NCBI GenBank assembly: GCA_951406725.2
Contig: OX597821.1
Span: 36,890,001 to 36,954,000, forward strand
Direction of reading: 5' to 3'
Source: Octopus vulgaris
Lineage: Eukaryota
Length of the DNA stretch: 64,000 nt
The position numbers and the translations under genes are program-made. The notes under the pieces are model-generated. The model was given only the letters and a program-made list of their open reading frames with translations. It did not search any database and was not told the DNA's origin. The stretch's first letter is position 1. Every line of letters begins with the position of its first letter. This document shows positions 40,801 through 54,005 of the stretch, piece after piece.

Positions 40801-43088
40801 GAGAAACTTCGAGGACATTTGGCATCCCTTTAAAATCTCTGTCTCGCTACTGCACCAAGGCCGCTGAAGCAAACAACAACGATCACAGTCTTAGTGGATA
40901 CAAAAAGCCACGGCAAGTTCTCACTGATGAGTTCGAGAATCAGTTAGAGGCTTATGTTTTGGCTGCCACAGAAATTTACGATGGGCTTGCTCCAAAGGAT
41001 GTGCGGAAATTGGCTTTTCAGATGGCAAAAGGCACATGGATGTAATATTCCTCCAACCTGGCATGAGACAGAAATGGCAGGGGAAGACTGGTTCTCTGGA
41101 TATCTTCAACGACGCAAGAATTTATCCATAAGAAGTCCACAGGCAACAAGCTTGGCACGAGCAACAAGTTTCAACAAGACAAACATTCTTAGTAGCTTTT
41201 CTTCTACAGGAATATGCCCTTTTAATCGCAACATTTTCACAGACAACGACTTTGTACCGAGATATGTCACTGACCAACTGGATCCTGCACTTTCAGCACC
41301 TGGGCCTTCAGCACCAGCAACACCTAGGCCTTCAAGTAACATAGACCCCAGGTCTTTTCTTTCACCATTTCAAATCCGTCCACTACCCAAAGCAGGCCCT
41401 AGGAAAGAATCACCCAGAGGAAGAAAGAAACGTTGTTCTGAAATCCTCACTGACTCACCGGTTAAAAGAGCAATCATAGAAGAAAAGACAAAAAGCAAAA
41501 GTGAAAAGAAGACAAACATTGATAAAGGAACGATAGGAAAGGGACTCAGTAAGGGCAGGTCAACGAAAGGAAAAGGTCCAACTGTAAAGAAAAATGTTCA
41601 AATTCAAGAAAGTGATACCTCTGATGAGGAATAGTACTATTGTTTAGTGTGCTGCGAGCCTTTTTCCAACAGCAAAGGAAGGGAAGTGTGGCTTCAATGC
41701 TCTGATTGTAAAGGTTGGGCTCACGAGGCATGCACACCAGGTCTAACAATATTCACATGCCCAAATTGTGACTCTGATGATGATATGTAATGAAACCGTA
41801 ATAAAGGCCCTTGATCAAACCAACAAGCTTATATCATGTGTTTCTGTCCATCAATATGTATGTTCCAAGAAAATGCATGCACAAAATATAAATCCAGACA
41901 ATAAGCAGATGAGATGTCTAGCTTTGTAAGTCTTCTGCTATGGTTGATTTATGTGTGTAATACAAGATGCAGTAGAATACATTAAATAGTATTGCTCTGT
42001 CAGTGAAAATGTAAAAAATGTAGTCAACTAACCCCGGTCTCCCCTATTTAGAGAGAAGTTTTTTTTTCTCAAAGAGTTGTGATTGAGAAAAGAACCTTTT
42101 TAGAAAGTCGAGAAAACTTTGAGAAAAAAATCTTCTCTCCAAATAGATATATATATATACTAGCAGTATAGTCCAGCGTTGCCCGGGATTAAGTAAAATT
42201 ATTGAGCTAATCAAGTGCTTTGTTTCAAACCAAACTAAGTAACACTGGCGTCAAATTTGAGCGAAAACCGTTGAAATTGGTAAATGTTCAGCTGAAAATG
42301 GGTTGCAGATAATTTGATTGGGAAATCCAATAAGGAATTGGTTTATCGATTTTTCCACTCATTGATTGTTTTTTTTATTGTTGGAGAACTTAAACCATTC
42401 AAAGCTCCCATGAGTCCCAAGTAATGCCGGCATCAAGTTTGAACAAAATACATCAAAATTGGTAAAAGTTATGGTTGAAAATGGGGTGTAGCCAATTTTA
42501 GTAAGAAATCATATAAAGAATCAGTTTATCGATTTTTCATCCTGATTGAATGGAAAATCCCATAAGGAATCAATTTATTGATTTTTCATCCCAAATGGGA
42601 CTTAACCGAACACAAAATTGCTGATTCAAAAAATCTATATTTATACATTGAAGTTGGTTTTCACTCCCAACCCAGTTCTGCAGAATCAGTGTCACGTCTG
42701 GAACGCGTGTGTTAGGAGGTTGACCGGCAGAGGTATTCAGGTTGCACATGCTGGCCCTTTCGAAACCACCACACCCACCATCTAACCCCACTTGGCCCAT
42801 GGGTTGGAAGCCCTTCAGGCAAGGAAAATAGAACGCCCAAAAGGGCTCCCAATCCTCTGTGTCAGAAGGGGTCATGTTCGGATCACAATTAAACCTAAGC
42901 CTAAGTTAACCTAGCGAAAGGGGGCTCAAAAGCCTCTGAAATGCAGCGACTAACCCCAATCTAAACCTAACCCCTCCTAGGGGTACTATCGGTCAAGGCT
43001 GCATCAAAGATATGCATTGGAAAAGGTTGCATTGGAGATCTGCATTGAAAATCTGCATTGGAGAAGGTTGCATCAAAGGTTTGCATGC

Positions 43089-43149
<61 letters not shown>

Positions 43150-46100
43150 TGCAAGATATGTAGGGATATTGAAGTTGTCGATCCATTTTTTAGGTAGAAT
43201 GGTATATACATAGGATTCTAATACCTTATGAGTAAAGTCTAACAGAGTTTAAAATGGGTCCTTCCAAATATAGAGTTTATGCACAATGTAAGTTTCCAAT
43301 AGCTTATGAGTGAGATCCAGCAGTTTTTAAACTTGGTCATTCCAAGTACAGAATTTATACAGTGTTGTAGAGTGAAAGGTTTTTTTCAGTAAAAACCATT
43401 GAAGACCTGGAGTGCCAACTGGCCACTGCCTTCCACCCCAAGTTTCACCTGTTCTGGCTGGAGCAGTATAATAACAGCCAGGTTAGCTGAGTAACAAATA
43501 TCATCGAAACCATCATAGAGACAGCCCTAATGAAAACCAATGAGGAGGGCAGCAGCAGCATCAGCATTGAGAACGAGGAAGATGATTTCTTCAGCAATAT
43601 CACTCAGTTTCAGGAGAGCAGGAACCACAGGTCACTGAAGTCCAAAGTGCAGAACTTGGTGAAGACTTGGCTGGAGGCTGTCTCGAAGGAAGTATTGACT
43701 GAAGTTGCCTTTTTTGGTGAGCAGGTCTTGATCAACCTGTTCACCAAATACAACGCTGCCATCCCATCCAGTGCTGCAGTTTAGCGCCTATTTCTATAGG
43801 CAAAGATATTTTGTGGGCCAAGAGAGTCACCCTGTCAGATGGTAACTTTGTGAGGTTGTTGTTTATGAAGGGTAACCAGCATGACATCGAGGCAATGGAG
43901 AAGGCCTAGCCAGATTAGTACACCTTGATCATCATCTGATCTTGGCATGGTACCTATGCTTTGATTCATTTAATACTTTTTGTACTGTAAATAAAGTGCA
44001 TGTTGACTGGAAAACTAATGTTTAATTTCATTTGTTCATTTAATTATTTGCATACATCTTGATCATTTTCTGATCTTGGCTTGCTATACCCTTTGGAAAG
44101 CTCTTTGTCTAAGCTGCAACATGAAAATTTCAGCTCTTTAGGCCTGTTTTTAAGGGGTTTAGAGCCCCAAAAAACCAATCCAAGGCTAAATTCATATAAT
44201 AAAAGTTAGTGGTTATCAGTTAGTGTTAGCTTTTGCTAATTTTTTTACCCCTTTAGTGGTTTAGTGTTTGCAAAGCTCACTTTTTTAATTAGTGGATTAG
44301 TGGTTAGTGAAGCTAACTTTTTTGGTTAGCTGTGTCTAATATTTTAAAATTGATAATAAATAAATGAAATAAAATAATTGATAATTACTGCATTGACAAC
44401 AATGTCTTCTTTGCCTTCACTGTCAAGAACTTTCTGCTGAATTATGGACATAGTAGTTACACCAATCTTAGAAACACCATATATAGTATGAAAAAATGAG
44501 GGCCAACCCTTTGCTTCATAATCACCATTTTTCATATCACTGAAATAAAATTAAAAATGTATGCATATATAAATAAATAAGTCAACAAATTAAGCATATA
44601 ATAAGATGCTCTGGTGATACAATTGTTTAGCCCCAACTCATCTTGATCGAACTAACCTATCTATAACCAAAGGAATTTAAGCTATGATCATTGAGGCTTT
44701 TTTTTTCCATGAGATAGTACTTTCCAATGTATCCACTTTTTAAATCAACAAGTTTTGATGTGAAAGACATTTAGCTGTTATTTCCTGAACAGCAACAAAC
44801 CACAGATGCTTTCCCATCAGCAGTAGTGTATTACAATATTTATTATATAACATTCAGCAAACAGGATGTGTTGAACATTGTAATAGGTCAAATTTATAAA
44901 ATGCTTTATTCACAATCTGTTTTTTCCCTCCCCCTACTGCTCCTTCCTCTTCTCCCACAACAGCATTGTCATTGAGATGTTTATTCAAGACGTCCAGTAC
45001 AAAACCAATAATATCACCAACACAATCATTTTTATATGTGCTTTTCATGCTGGCATGAGTGGAACAGGTTGTCACTGTTCAAGTAATTCTATTTTAGAGG
45101 TATAGTCCTCCTAGATGTGGTCAGGAGTGGCATGCCCCACTTGTTTGTTTCACTTTGGTAGGATTGTTTTGATTGCATGTTATTCTTAATATCTACTATT
45201 TTACAGAATGAACTGGGTGCATTTTACTGTGGTACCAGCACTAGAGATATTATCATGTCATTAATGAGATAAGAAAAAGGGCACCACTCGAACCTATCTT
45301 AGACCCCAATCATTCGTTAACCCTTTTAGTAGATGTTTTTTTTTTTTTATTGTGGAACCAGTTGAAATGTAGTTAGCTTGTATTGGGATCTTCACTGTTC
45401 TATGTTGTCTATGTTCAATTAGGGCTGGATGACAAATTAGATCTAAAAGATGGCATTTGTGGAAAATAATTTAGGGTTAGAAGGACATAGAGAGCAAGAA
45501 TTTGGAAAAGGAAACAGGATTAGAGCAAAACTGTTGAAGAGCAGGGAGACAGTTCCAGGAAAAATAATGAAGAGTGTCAATAATGACAGAAGGTAATGGA
45601 AAAGACACTTATAGCAGCTCCACATTTGCAAGTAATGGAGTGAGGGATAGTTGTAAGAATAGTATTAAAAGAGTATAAACATCAGTGAGACATGACACAG
45701 AGGAAAGGTAGTGGCATCTGTCAGTATTTTCTGTCTGCTGAGCCTTTGGGATTAACAGATTCTCCTATATTAGGGGGATAAATACCTATAAGTTCCTCTT
45801 AAACCTATAAACCAACAAATATAAGCAAAAAAGGTATTCCAGAAGGCCAACATTCCCTGAAGGATGAACTAGACTTAGTGATTAGTGCAGTCTTTGGAGA
45901 TTTATAAACAAAAGAATGATGAGATCAGAAAAGACAAGTTGGGCAGAATGGATGAGTAAAGGGAGTATGAAGTTTGCAAACTCCAAGAAGTAGAGTCTAT
46001 TAAAGTAGTGGTACAAGAGGCAAAGTGAGAAGACTGTAACTGGGGAGTATCTTTAAGCCATTCAGATGGGTGGAACTCTTCTGATGAGATCTAAGTTGTT

Positions 46101-48393
46101 TGCATGTACTGCAGCAATGCCATTCAAGATGTAAGAGAAATAACTATTGAGATGTAAAACAATTGCTTCTTTTGGGATTCCTGAGAGTTAGTTTTGGCAT
46201 AGACTGTTACGGAAGGTTTCCACTGTACATGCAAATAAACCAGTAGTTGCTAACATGGAATTGGCATGACACAAGACTGGTTTTATTGGGGCCACAATTG
46301 TTTTGTTGTGTCAACAAAAAATTGTTTCATTGACCTCAGTAAACCAGACAATAAAGCAGTTAGCTAACTCAGTTCTGTAAAGTTCTTTTTTTTTTTAATA
46401 CATATAATGGAAATAGTAGGTGTAGGATTGCACAAGTCCGGGCAAGGTTTTTATGGAAGACTAGCAGTCGCTCATGTATACTGGCCTCCCCTCTCCCTGC
46501 CAACGATGTTATCCAAGAGATATGACTTGGTACCAGTAGCGTGGCAACTCATTTCTACAACTGAGTGAACTGAAGCAATGTAAAAGAAAATGTCTTGCTC
46601 AAGAACACAACACACAGCCTGGTCTGGGAATCAAACTCACTACCTCTAACCACTGAGCCATGCACCTTCACCAATGAATGAGTAGTATTTTAAAAAATAT
46701 AAATCACACACCTACACATAGAATCTATCTCTTCCTATCACTATTGGGACAGGAACAGCATGGGTTGGGCATTAAAATAATGTAAACTTGAACCTTGTAT
46801 TATAACATCGTTTTAAAATTTTGGCACAAGGCCAGAAATTTTAGGAGAGCAGGTAAGTCGATTACATTGACAACAGTGCTCAAGTGGTACTTATTTTATC
46901 AATGCCGAAACGATGAAAGGCAAAGTCGACCTCGGTGGCATTTAAACTCAAAACGTAAAAACGGATAAAATGCTGCTAAACATTTTGCTTGGGATGGTAA
47001 CAATTCTGCCCGCTCACCCACCTTATTTTGTATTATAATACTGGTTTCAAATTTTAGCACAAGGCCAGCAATTTCGGGGAAGGAGGTAAATCGATTAAAT
47101 CGACCTCAATAATCAACTGCTACTTATTTTATCAAACCCAAAAGATGAAAGGCAAAGTTGACCCCTGTAGCATTCAAACACAGAAACGTAACTTTGTATT
47201 ATAATATTAACAACTTAAATGCATTCAAGAGATATAATCCATTATACTTACGTTACGAACTGAGCCATCAAATTTACCAGCTGAGGAATAGTCAAGGTGT
47301 TAGAAGTGAATTTTCCTCTCAGGTCTTTTGAACATCTCTCAAGTGCCATTTCACCGGAGTCACTGGAAACATTAACCACCCTAAAGCATAAAACACAAAT
47401 ATATTTGACTGTTTTGTAGCCTGTCACATACAGAAAATGATTACGGTATTGATAGACTCTCCTATTGCAAACAACAGATGAAGATTATGTAACATTTTGC
47501 TGAATAACTTGCACAGATGATATGTTTATAGTGATCAAATACTTGTACAGGTGCATGGTGTGCCACATGTGCGATGTCGAAGTGATCACAGACCACATTG
47601 AGAATATTAGGCTTGGCCCTTATTACTGGAACTCATTTAAATCTTAATGAAGTGGAGCAGCATGAAATGAAGTGTTTCACCCAAGAATAAAACTTACTGC
47701 TCGGTTCAGAAACTGAAATGACGATCTTGTGATCGTTAAAGCAATACTTATACAACTAGGCCACATCACATATTCCTTCAATACATTTGTGAACGTGCGT
47801 ATATGCATGTGTATATGTGTGTTGGTGCATACAATCACCCATAGTACCCCATGATAAAATTTCCACTGTATTAACATCATAGGTTTTATTAACGTCTTGC
47901 CCCTTTAACTGGTAATTAACATAATGATTTAGGGTCTCCTCTATCCAGCCTCCTTTTATAGACAGTATACCCAATTTACTACTTGTAATGTCTTGACAAT
48001 ATTTATGACCTAGTAGTTGATAAAACACAAATAAATTAGAAATGAACCACAATCCTTTACATGCTATAGCCCCCGTGGGCTTCATGCTTTCTTGGAAGTA
48101 TAGTCTATTCTTAGCTACAATAGTAACAACTTGGATTTCTTCCATCTTCTTGCTCTGTTAAAGTATTTGAGAAAAATCATTCTGTTTATTTGTGCAGCTG
48201 ATGACAGTTCTGCATTTAAATTGATGTAATCATTGCATTGTTCAATTAAACTGAGTTGCTTGAAACTGTCATACTGCATTACTTCTTTCTACCCTGTTGC
48301 TTATTTAGATTTTATTCATCTTACTTTGAGCTGTGCATATAATACCAGACTTACTTGGTGCTTCAAATTAAGTACCTAATTCAACTGAATCTC

Positions 48394-48479
<86 letters not shown>

Positions 48480-48522
48480 CTTTATATATGTTTATGTATA
48501 TGTGTTTATATTTGCATATATA

Positions 48523-48562
<40 letters not shown>

Positions 48563-51500
48563 CATACCAGCCTCCCCTCTCCATGCCACCAGTGTTATCC
48601 AAGGGAAAGGCAAAGGCCGATACAGCATGGCACCAGTGATGTCACAACTTATTTTTATAGCTGAGTTAACTGGAGCAGCGTGAAATAAAGTGTCTTGCTC
48701 AAGAACACAACACGCAACCTGGTCCAGGAATTGAACTCACAACCTCTCAATCGTAAGCTCAACGCTCTAAGCACTGAACCATGTGCCTTCATGCACACAC
48801 ACATATATATATATACACACGCACGCATAAATACCTGGCATGAGGACGCAACAGTGGAAAGATTTCTTGACAGACATTCAAAGTTGCAGTAAAGTTACAT
48901 CTTAATGTCTCCTCTGCTTGCTCACCAAGGGGGACTGTTGAATCTTCCTAAAAAAAAGAAATTATACACCGTTAGTTGATATCTTCCTACTCCTACTACT
49001 ACTACTACCACCACCACTCCTGCTGCTGCAACTGCTATTACTGATGATGAAGCTGATGATGATGCTGTTGCTGTTGCTATCGCCACTGCTACTACCATTG
49101 CCGCAGCTGCTATTGCTGCGGTTTACTATGAGCCGAAGGCTGTAACAGAGCTCTTAAAATAATTATAATATATCAAATTCTAATTCTAATTAATGCAAAA
49201 TTTTATGGTGGAAAAAAAAAAAAAAAAGAAACAAAAATTACCAAGCTATTGTTTTGGGTCAATTCATCATCATCATCATCGTTTAGCGTCCGTTTTCCAT
49301 GCTAGCATGGGTTGGACGGGTCAACTGGGGTCTGTGAAGCTGGAAGGCTTCGTCAGGCCCAGTCAGATCTGGCAGTGTTTCTACGGCTGGATGCCCTTCC
49401 TAACGCCAACCACTCCGCGAGTGTAGTGGGTGTTTTTTACGTGCCACCTGCACAGGTGCCAGACAGAGCTGGCGAACGGCCACGAACGGATGGTGCTTTT
49501 ACGTGTCACCGGCACGGGGCCAGGCGATGCTGGCAACGGACACGAACGGATGGTGCTTTTACGTGCCACCGACATGGGGCCAGACAGAGCTGGCAACCGG
49601 CCATGAACGGACGGTGCTTTTACGTTTCACCGGCACGGGGGCCAGCCGAGGCTGGCAACGGACACGGACGGATGGTGCTTTTACGTGCCACCGACACGGT
49701 TGCCAGACAGAGCTGGCAAACGGCCACGAACGGATGGTGCTTTTACGTGTCACCGGCACGGGGGCCAGCCGAGGCTGGCAACGGACACGGACGGATGGTG
49801 CTTTTACGTGCCACCGACACGGGGCCAGACAGAGCTGGCAAACGGCCACGAACGGATGGTGCTTTTACGTGTCACCGGCACGGGGGCCAGCCGAGGCTGG
49901 CAACGGACGCGAACGGATGGTGCTTTTACGTGCCACCGACACGGTTGCCAGACAGAGCAGGCAAACGGCCACGAGCGGACGGTGCTTTTACGTGTCACCG
50001 GCATGGGGGCCAGCCGAGGCTGGCAACGGACACGGACGGATGGGGCTTTTACGTGCCACCGACACAGGGCCAGACAGAGCTGGCAAACGGCCACGAACGG
50101 ATGGTGCTTTTACGTGCCACCGACACGGGGCCAGACAGAGCTGGCCAACGGCCACGAACGGACGGTGCTTTTACGTGTCACCGGCACGGGGCCAGGCGAG
50201 GCTGGCAACGAACACGAATGGATGGTGCTTTTACGTGCCACCGACACGGGGCCAGGCAGAGCTGGCAAACGGCCATGAGCGAATGGTGCTTTTACGTATC
50301 ACTGGCACGGGTGCCAGACGAGGCTGACAGCGGACACGAACAGATGGGTCACTTAACCCCTGCTTTCTGATATATGTTTTGATTTTGATTGTTCTCACTG
50401 GTCTTGCCGGGTCTTCTCACGCACAGCATACTTCCATAGGTCTCGGTCTCTGGTCATTTCTTTGGTGAGACCTAGAGTTCGAAGGTCGTGCTTCACCACC
50501 TCGACCCAGGTTTTCCTGGGTCTACCTCTTCCACAGGTCCCCTCAACTGCCAGGGTGTGGCACTTTTTCACACACCTATCTTCATCCATTCTCACCACAT
50601 AACCATACCAGCGCAATCGTCTCTCTTGCACACAACATCTGATTCCTCTTAGGTCCAACTTTTCTCTCAAGGTACTTACACTCTGTTGACTATGAACACT
50701 GACATTACACGTCCAACGGAGCATACTAGCTTCATTTCTCGCGAGCTAACGCATGTCCTCAGCAGTCACGGCCCATGTTTCCCTGCCATGTAGCATGGCT
50801 GTTCGTACACATGCATCATACAGTCTGCCTTTTACTCTGAGCGAGAGGCCTTTAGTCACCAACAGAGGTAAGAGCTCCCTAAATTTTGCCCAGGCTATTC
50901 TTACTCTAGCCGTTACACTTTCAGCACACCCACCCCCACTACTGACTTGGTCACCAAGATAACGGAAGCTATCAACTACTTCTAGTTTTTCCCCCTGGAA
51001 AGTGATGGAAGTTGTTTTCTGCAGATTTTCAGAGGTTAATGCTCCCGAGCATCTGCCACATACAAAAACCATCTTCCTAGTTAGCCTTCCTATGACATTG
51101 CTGCACCTCTTATGTGTCCATAGCTTACACTTGGTGCATCTTATAGAGTTTCTACCTACACCTTTTCTACAGATCGAGCAGGGCCATCTACCTGAAGGCG
51201 TTTGTGATTTGTCTACCTTCCTACTTATTAGGACTTTGGTTTTAGCTAGGTTGACTCTAAGGCCCTTCGATTCTAAACCATGCTTCCACACCTGAAACTT
51301 CTTCTCCAGTTCTGATAATGACTCAGCAATTAGAGCAAGGTCATCAGCATAGAGGAGCTCCCAGGGGCATCCTGTCTTGAATTCCTCTTTTATTGCCTGG
51401 AGGACTATGATAAATAGGAGGGGGCTGAGGACTGAGCCTTGGTGGACCCCTACCTGTACTCTGAATTCTTCAGTGTACTCATTTCCCAACCCTCACCTTA

Positions 51501-52672
51501 CTAGCAGCGTCCCTGTACATGGCTTTCACAGCTCTCACTAACCATTCTTCTATTCCTAGTTTCCTCATTGACCACCATATGAGGGATCGGGGGACCCTGT
51601 CGAAGGCTTTCTCCATGTCAACAAAAGCCAGGTACAGGGCCTTATCTTTGGCTAGGTATTTCTCCTGCAGCTGCCTTACCAGGAATATAGCATCAGTGGT
51701 ACTTTTCCCTGGCACGAAACCAAACTGCATCTCATCTAAACTAACTCTCTCTCTAATTAGTTGGCTTATGACCCTCTCTGTAACCTTCATCACCTGATCC
51801 AACAGCTTGATACCTCTGTAATTATTTGTATCTAGGGCATCACCTTTACCTTTGTAGCAGTTGACTATTATGCTGCTACACCAGTCATTGGGTATGACTC
51901 CTTCATGTATCATCTGATTAACTATACAGGTGACTAGGCTATAGCCGACACTACCAGATATTTTGAGCATCTCTGCAGTGATACCTGATGGGCCTGGGGC
52001 TTTCCCTGTCTTCATGCTTCTAATTGCCTTAGCTACTAAGGAACTATCAACCCTGATAGCTGGTCCCTCTGTTGGGTCAACGTTCGGCAGACTCTCTTTA
52101 TCCCATTCATTTTCTTTATTCAGCAACCTTTCATAGTGGCGTCTCCAAGCCTCTCTCTTTGCATCCTCGTTTAGCGCAAGTGAACCATCTTCCATGCGAA
52201 CACACTTCTCTCCCACCACATCACAATTCTCTCTCACACACTGTCTTGCAACGCGAAACACCTCCAGTCTTTGGTCCTCACGGCGCAGAACATTGGCAAA
52301 TTTTTTCTTATCTGCTTCCCCTCTGGCTAGATAGACCTGTCTCCTAGCTTCCCTTTTAGCAGTCTGATACAATTCCCTGCTACCACCATTCTTCCAGTGC
52401 TTCCAAGTCTGTCTCTTTTCTCTAATAGCCCTGTCTACGACACTGTTCAATTATTTATACATATTTTATTTCATAAGATTTCACTAATTTACATAATATG
52501 ATATATTCATTATGATCAACTTGTAGACATGCTAATCACATAGCATACATATGTCCCTTAAACTTTCAGAGAAAATTTTGTTGAAAATTGTGTATTTTCC
52601 AAAATTCATAACTTTTATATTTTTCTGAGCTGATATGTATGTATGTATATATATGTATGTATGTATGTATGT

Positions 52673-52732
<60 letters not shown>

Positions 52733-53156
52733 ATCATCATCATCATCATCATCGTCGTTTAATGTCCGTTCTCCATGCTAGCATGGGTTGGACAGTTCGA
52801 CCGGGGATCTGGGAAGCCAGAAGGCTGCACCAGGCTCCGGTCTTTTCTGGCAATGTTTCTACAGCTGGATGCCCTTCCTAACGCCAACCACTCCGTGAGT
52901 GTAGTGGGTGCTTTTTACGTGCCACCTGCACTGGAGCCAGGCGAGGCTGGCATCGGCCACGGTCGGATTGGTGCATTTTATATGCCACCTGCACGGAAGC
53001 CAGTCGAGGCGGCACTGGCTTCGGCCACGATCCGGATGGTGCTTTTTATGTGCCACCGACATGGAAGCCAGTCGAGGCGGCGCTGGCATCGGCCACGATT
53101 CGGATAGTGCTTTTTACGTACCACCAGTCCAGGGGTCCTGGCATCTGCCAGTCATA

Positions 53157-53201
<45 letters not shown>

Positions 53202-53293
53202 CATACATATATACATATGTATATATATATATATATCTTTCTATTTACATATATATGAATCTCTCTCTCCCAATATATATGTATGATTCTCTC

Positions 53294-53387
<94 letters not shown>

Positions 53388-53906
53388 AAGAAAAGAAAGT
53401 GGAGATTAGGAAGTTAATAATTGTTTATTATTAACAACAAATTGGTTAGCTTGACTTTTTACAGCCGTTTCAGTTAATACTCAATAATTTAATTAGAAAT
53501 CTATGCATTAAATTTACATTTATGTGACATGAGTATAATTTCATCAGAGGAAAAAGATGTACCTTTGGATGTCACATGTGGGCTTATCAATTCATATATA
53601 TGTTACATATATATATGTAGAAGGATGAACATGTAGATAAGGTTAAGATTTCTGAAACATAACTACTTATTTAGTCCTCTGTCTCTGGTTGGTGGATTGT
53701 ATATATGTTTGTTGTCACCATTTTCTATTTTATGGAACAGCAATTTTTAAAAAATTATCGTATGATTTAATTAATAAAATGCTGTACAAGGATTTAAAGT
53801 TAAAATTCTATCTCTTTGGTCGATCCACTGATGGAACAAGCAATTCATTTGAATTGCATGTCTATATAAAGACACAAAAATATTTTAAATGTTTTCAGCT
53901 TCTCTG

Positions 53907-54005
<99 letters not shown>

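Noticed and set aside
42888-42975. Interstitial telomere (CCTAA-like motifs; also 54597-54611)
   Set aside because: The motifs are few, degenerate, irregularly spaced and embedded in transposon sequence.
49496-49620. Assignment of the repeat unit to HDV-like, twister or pistol ribozymes
   Set aside because: There is partial resemblance (CCAGCCUCG..UGG, GCCGGU, CACG-UAAA), but I could not fit the catalytic C/J4-2, the twister pseudoknots or pistol P3. Left unclassified.
49435-50349. CRISPR-like regular array
   Set aside because: There are no unique spacers and no cas genes; whole units are homologous and lie in a eukaryotic LINE 3' end.
49312-50370. Long ORFs (352, 274, 197 aa) as protein genes
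   Set aside because: They are by-products of a GC-rich, stop-poor tandem repeat and are antisense to the RTE.
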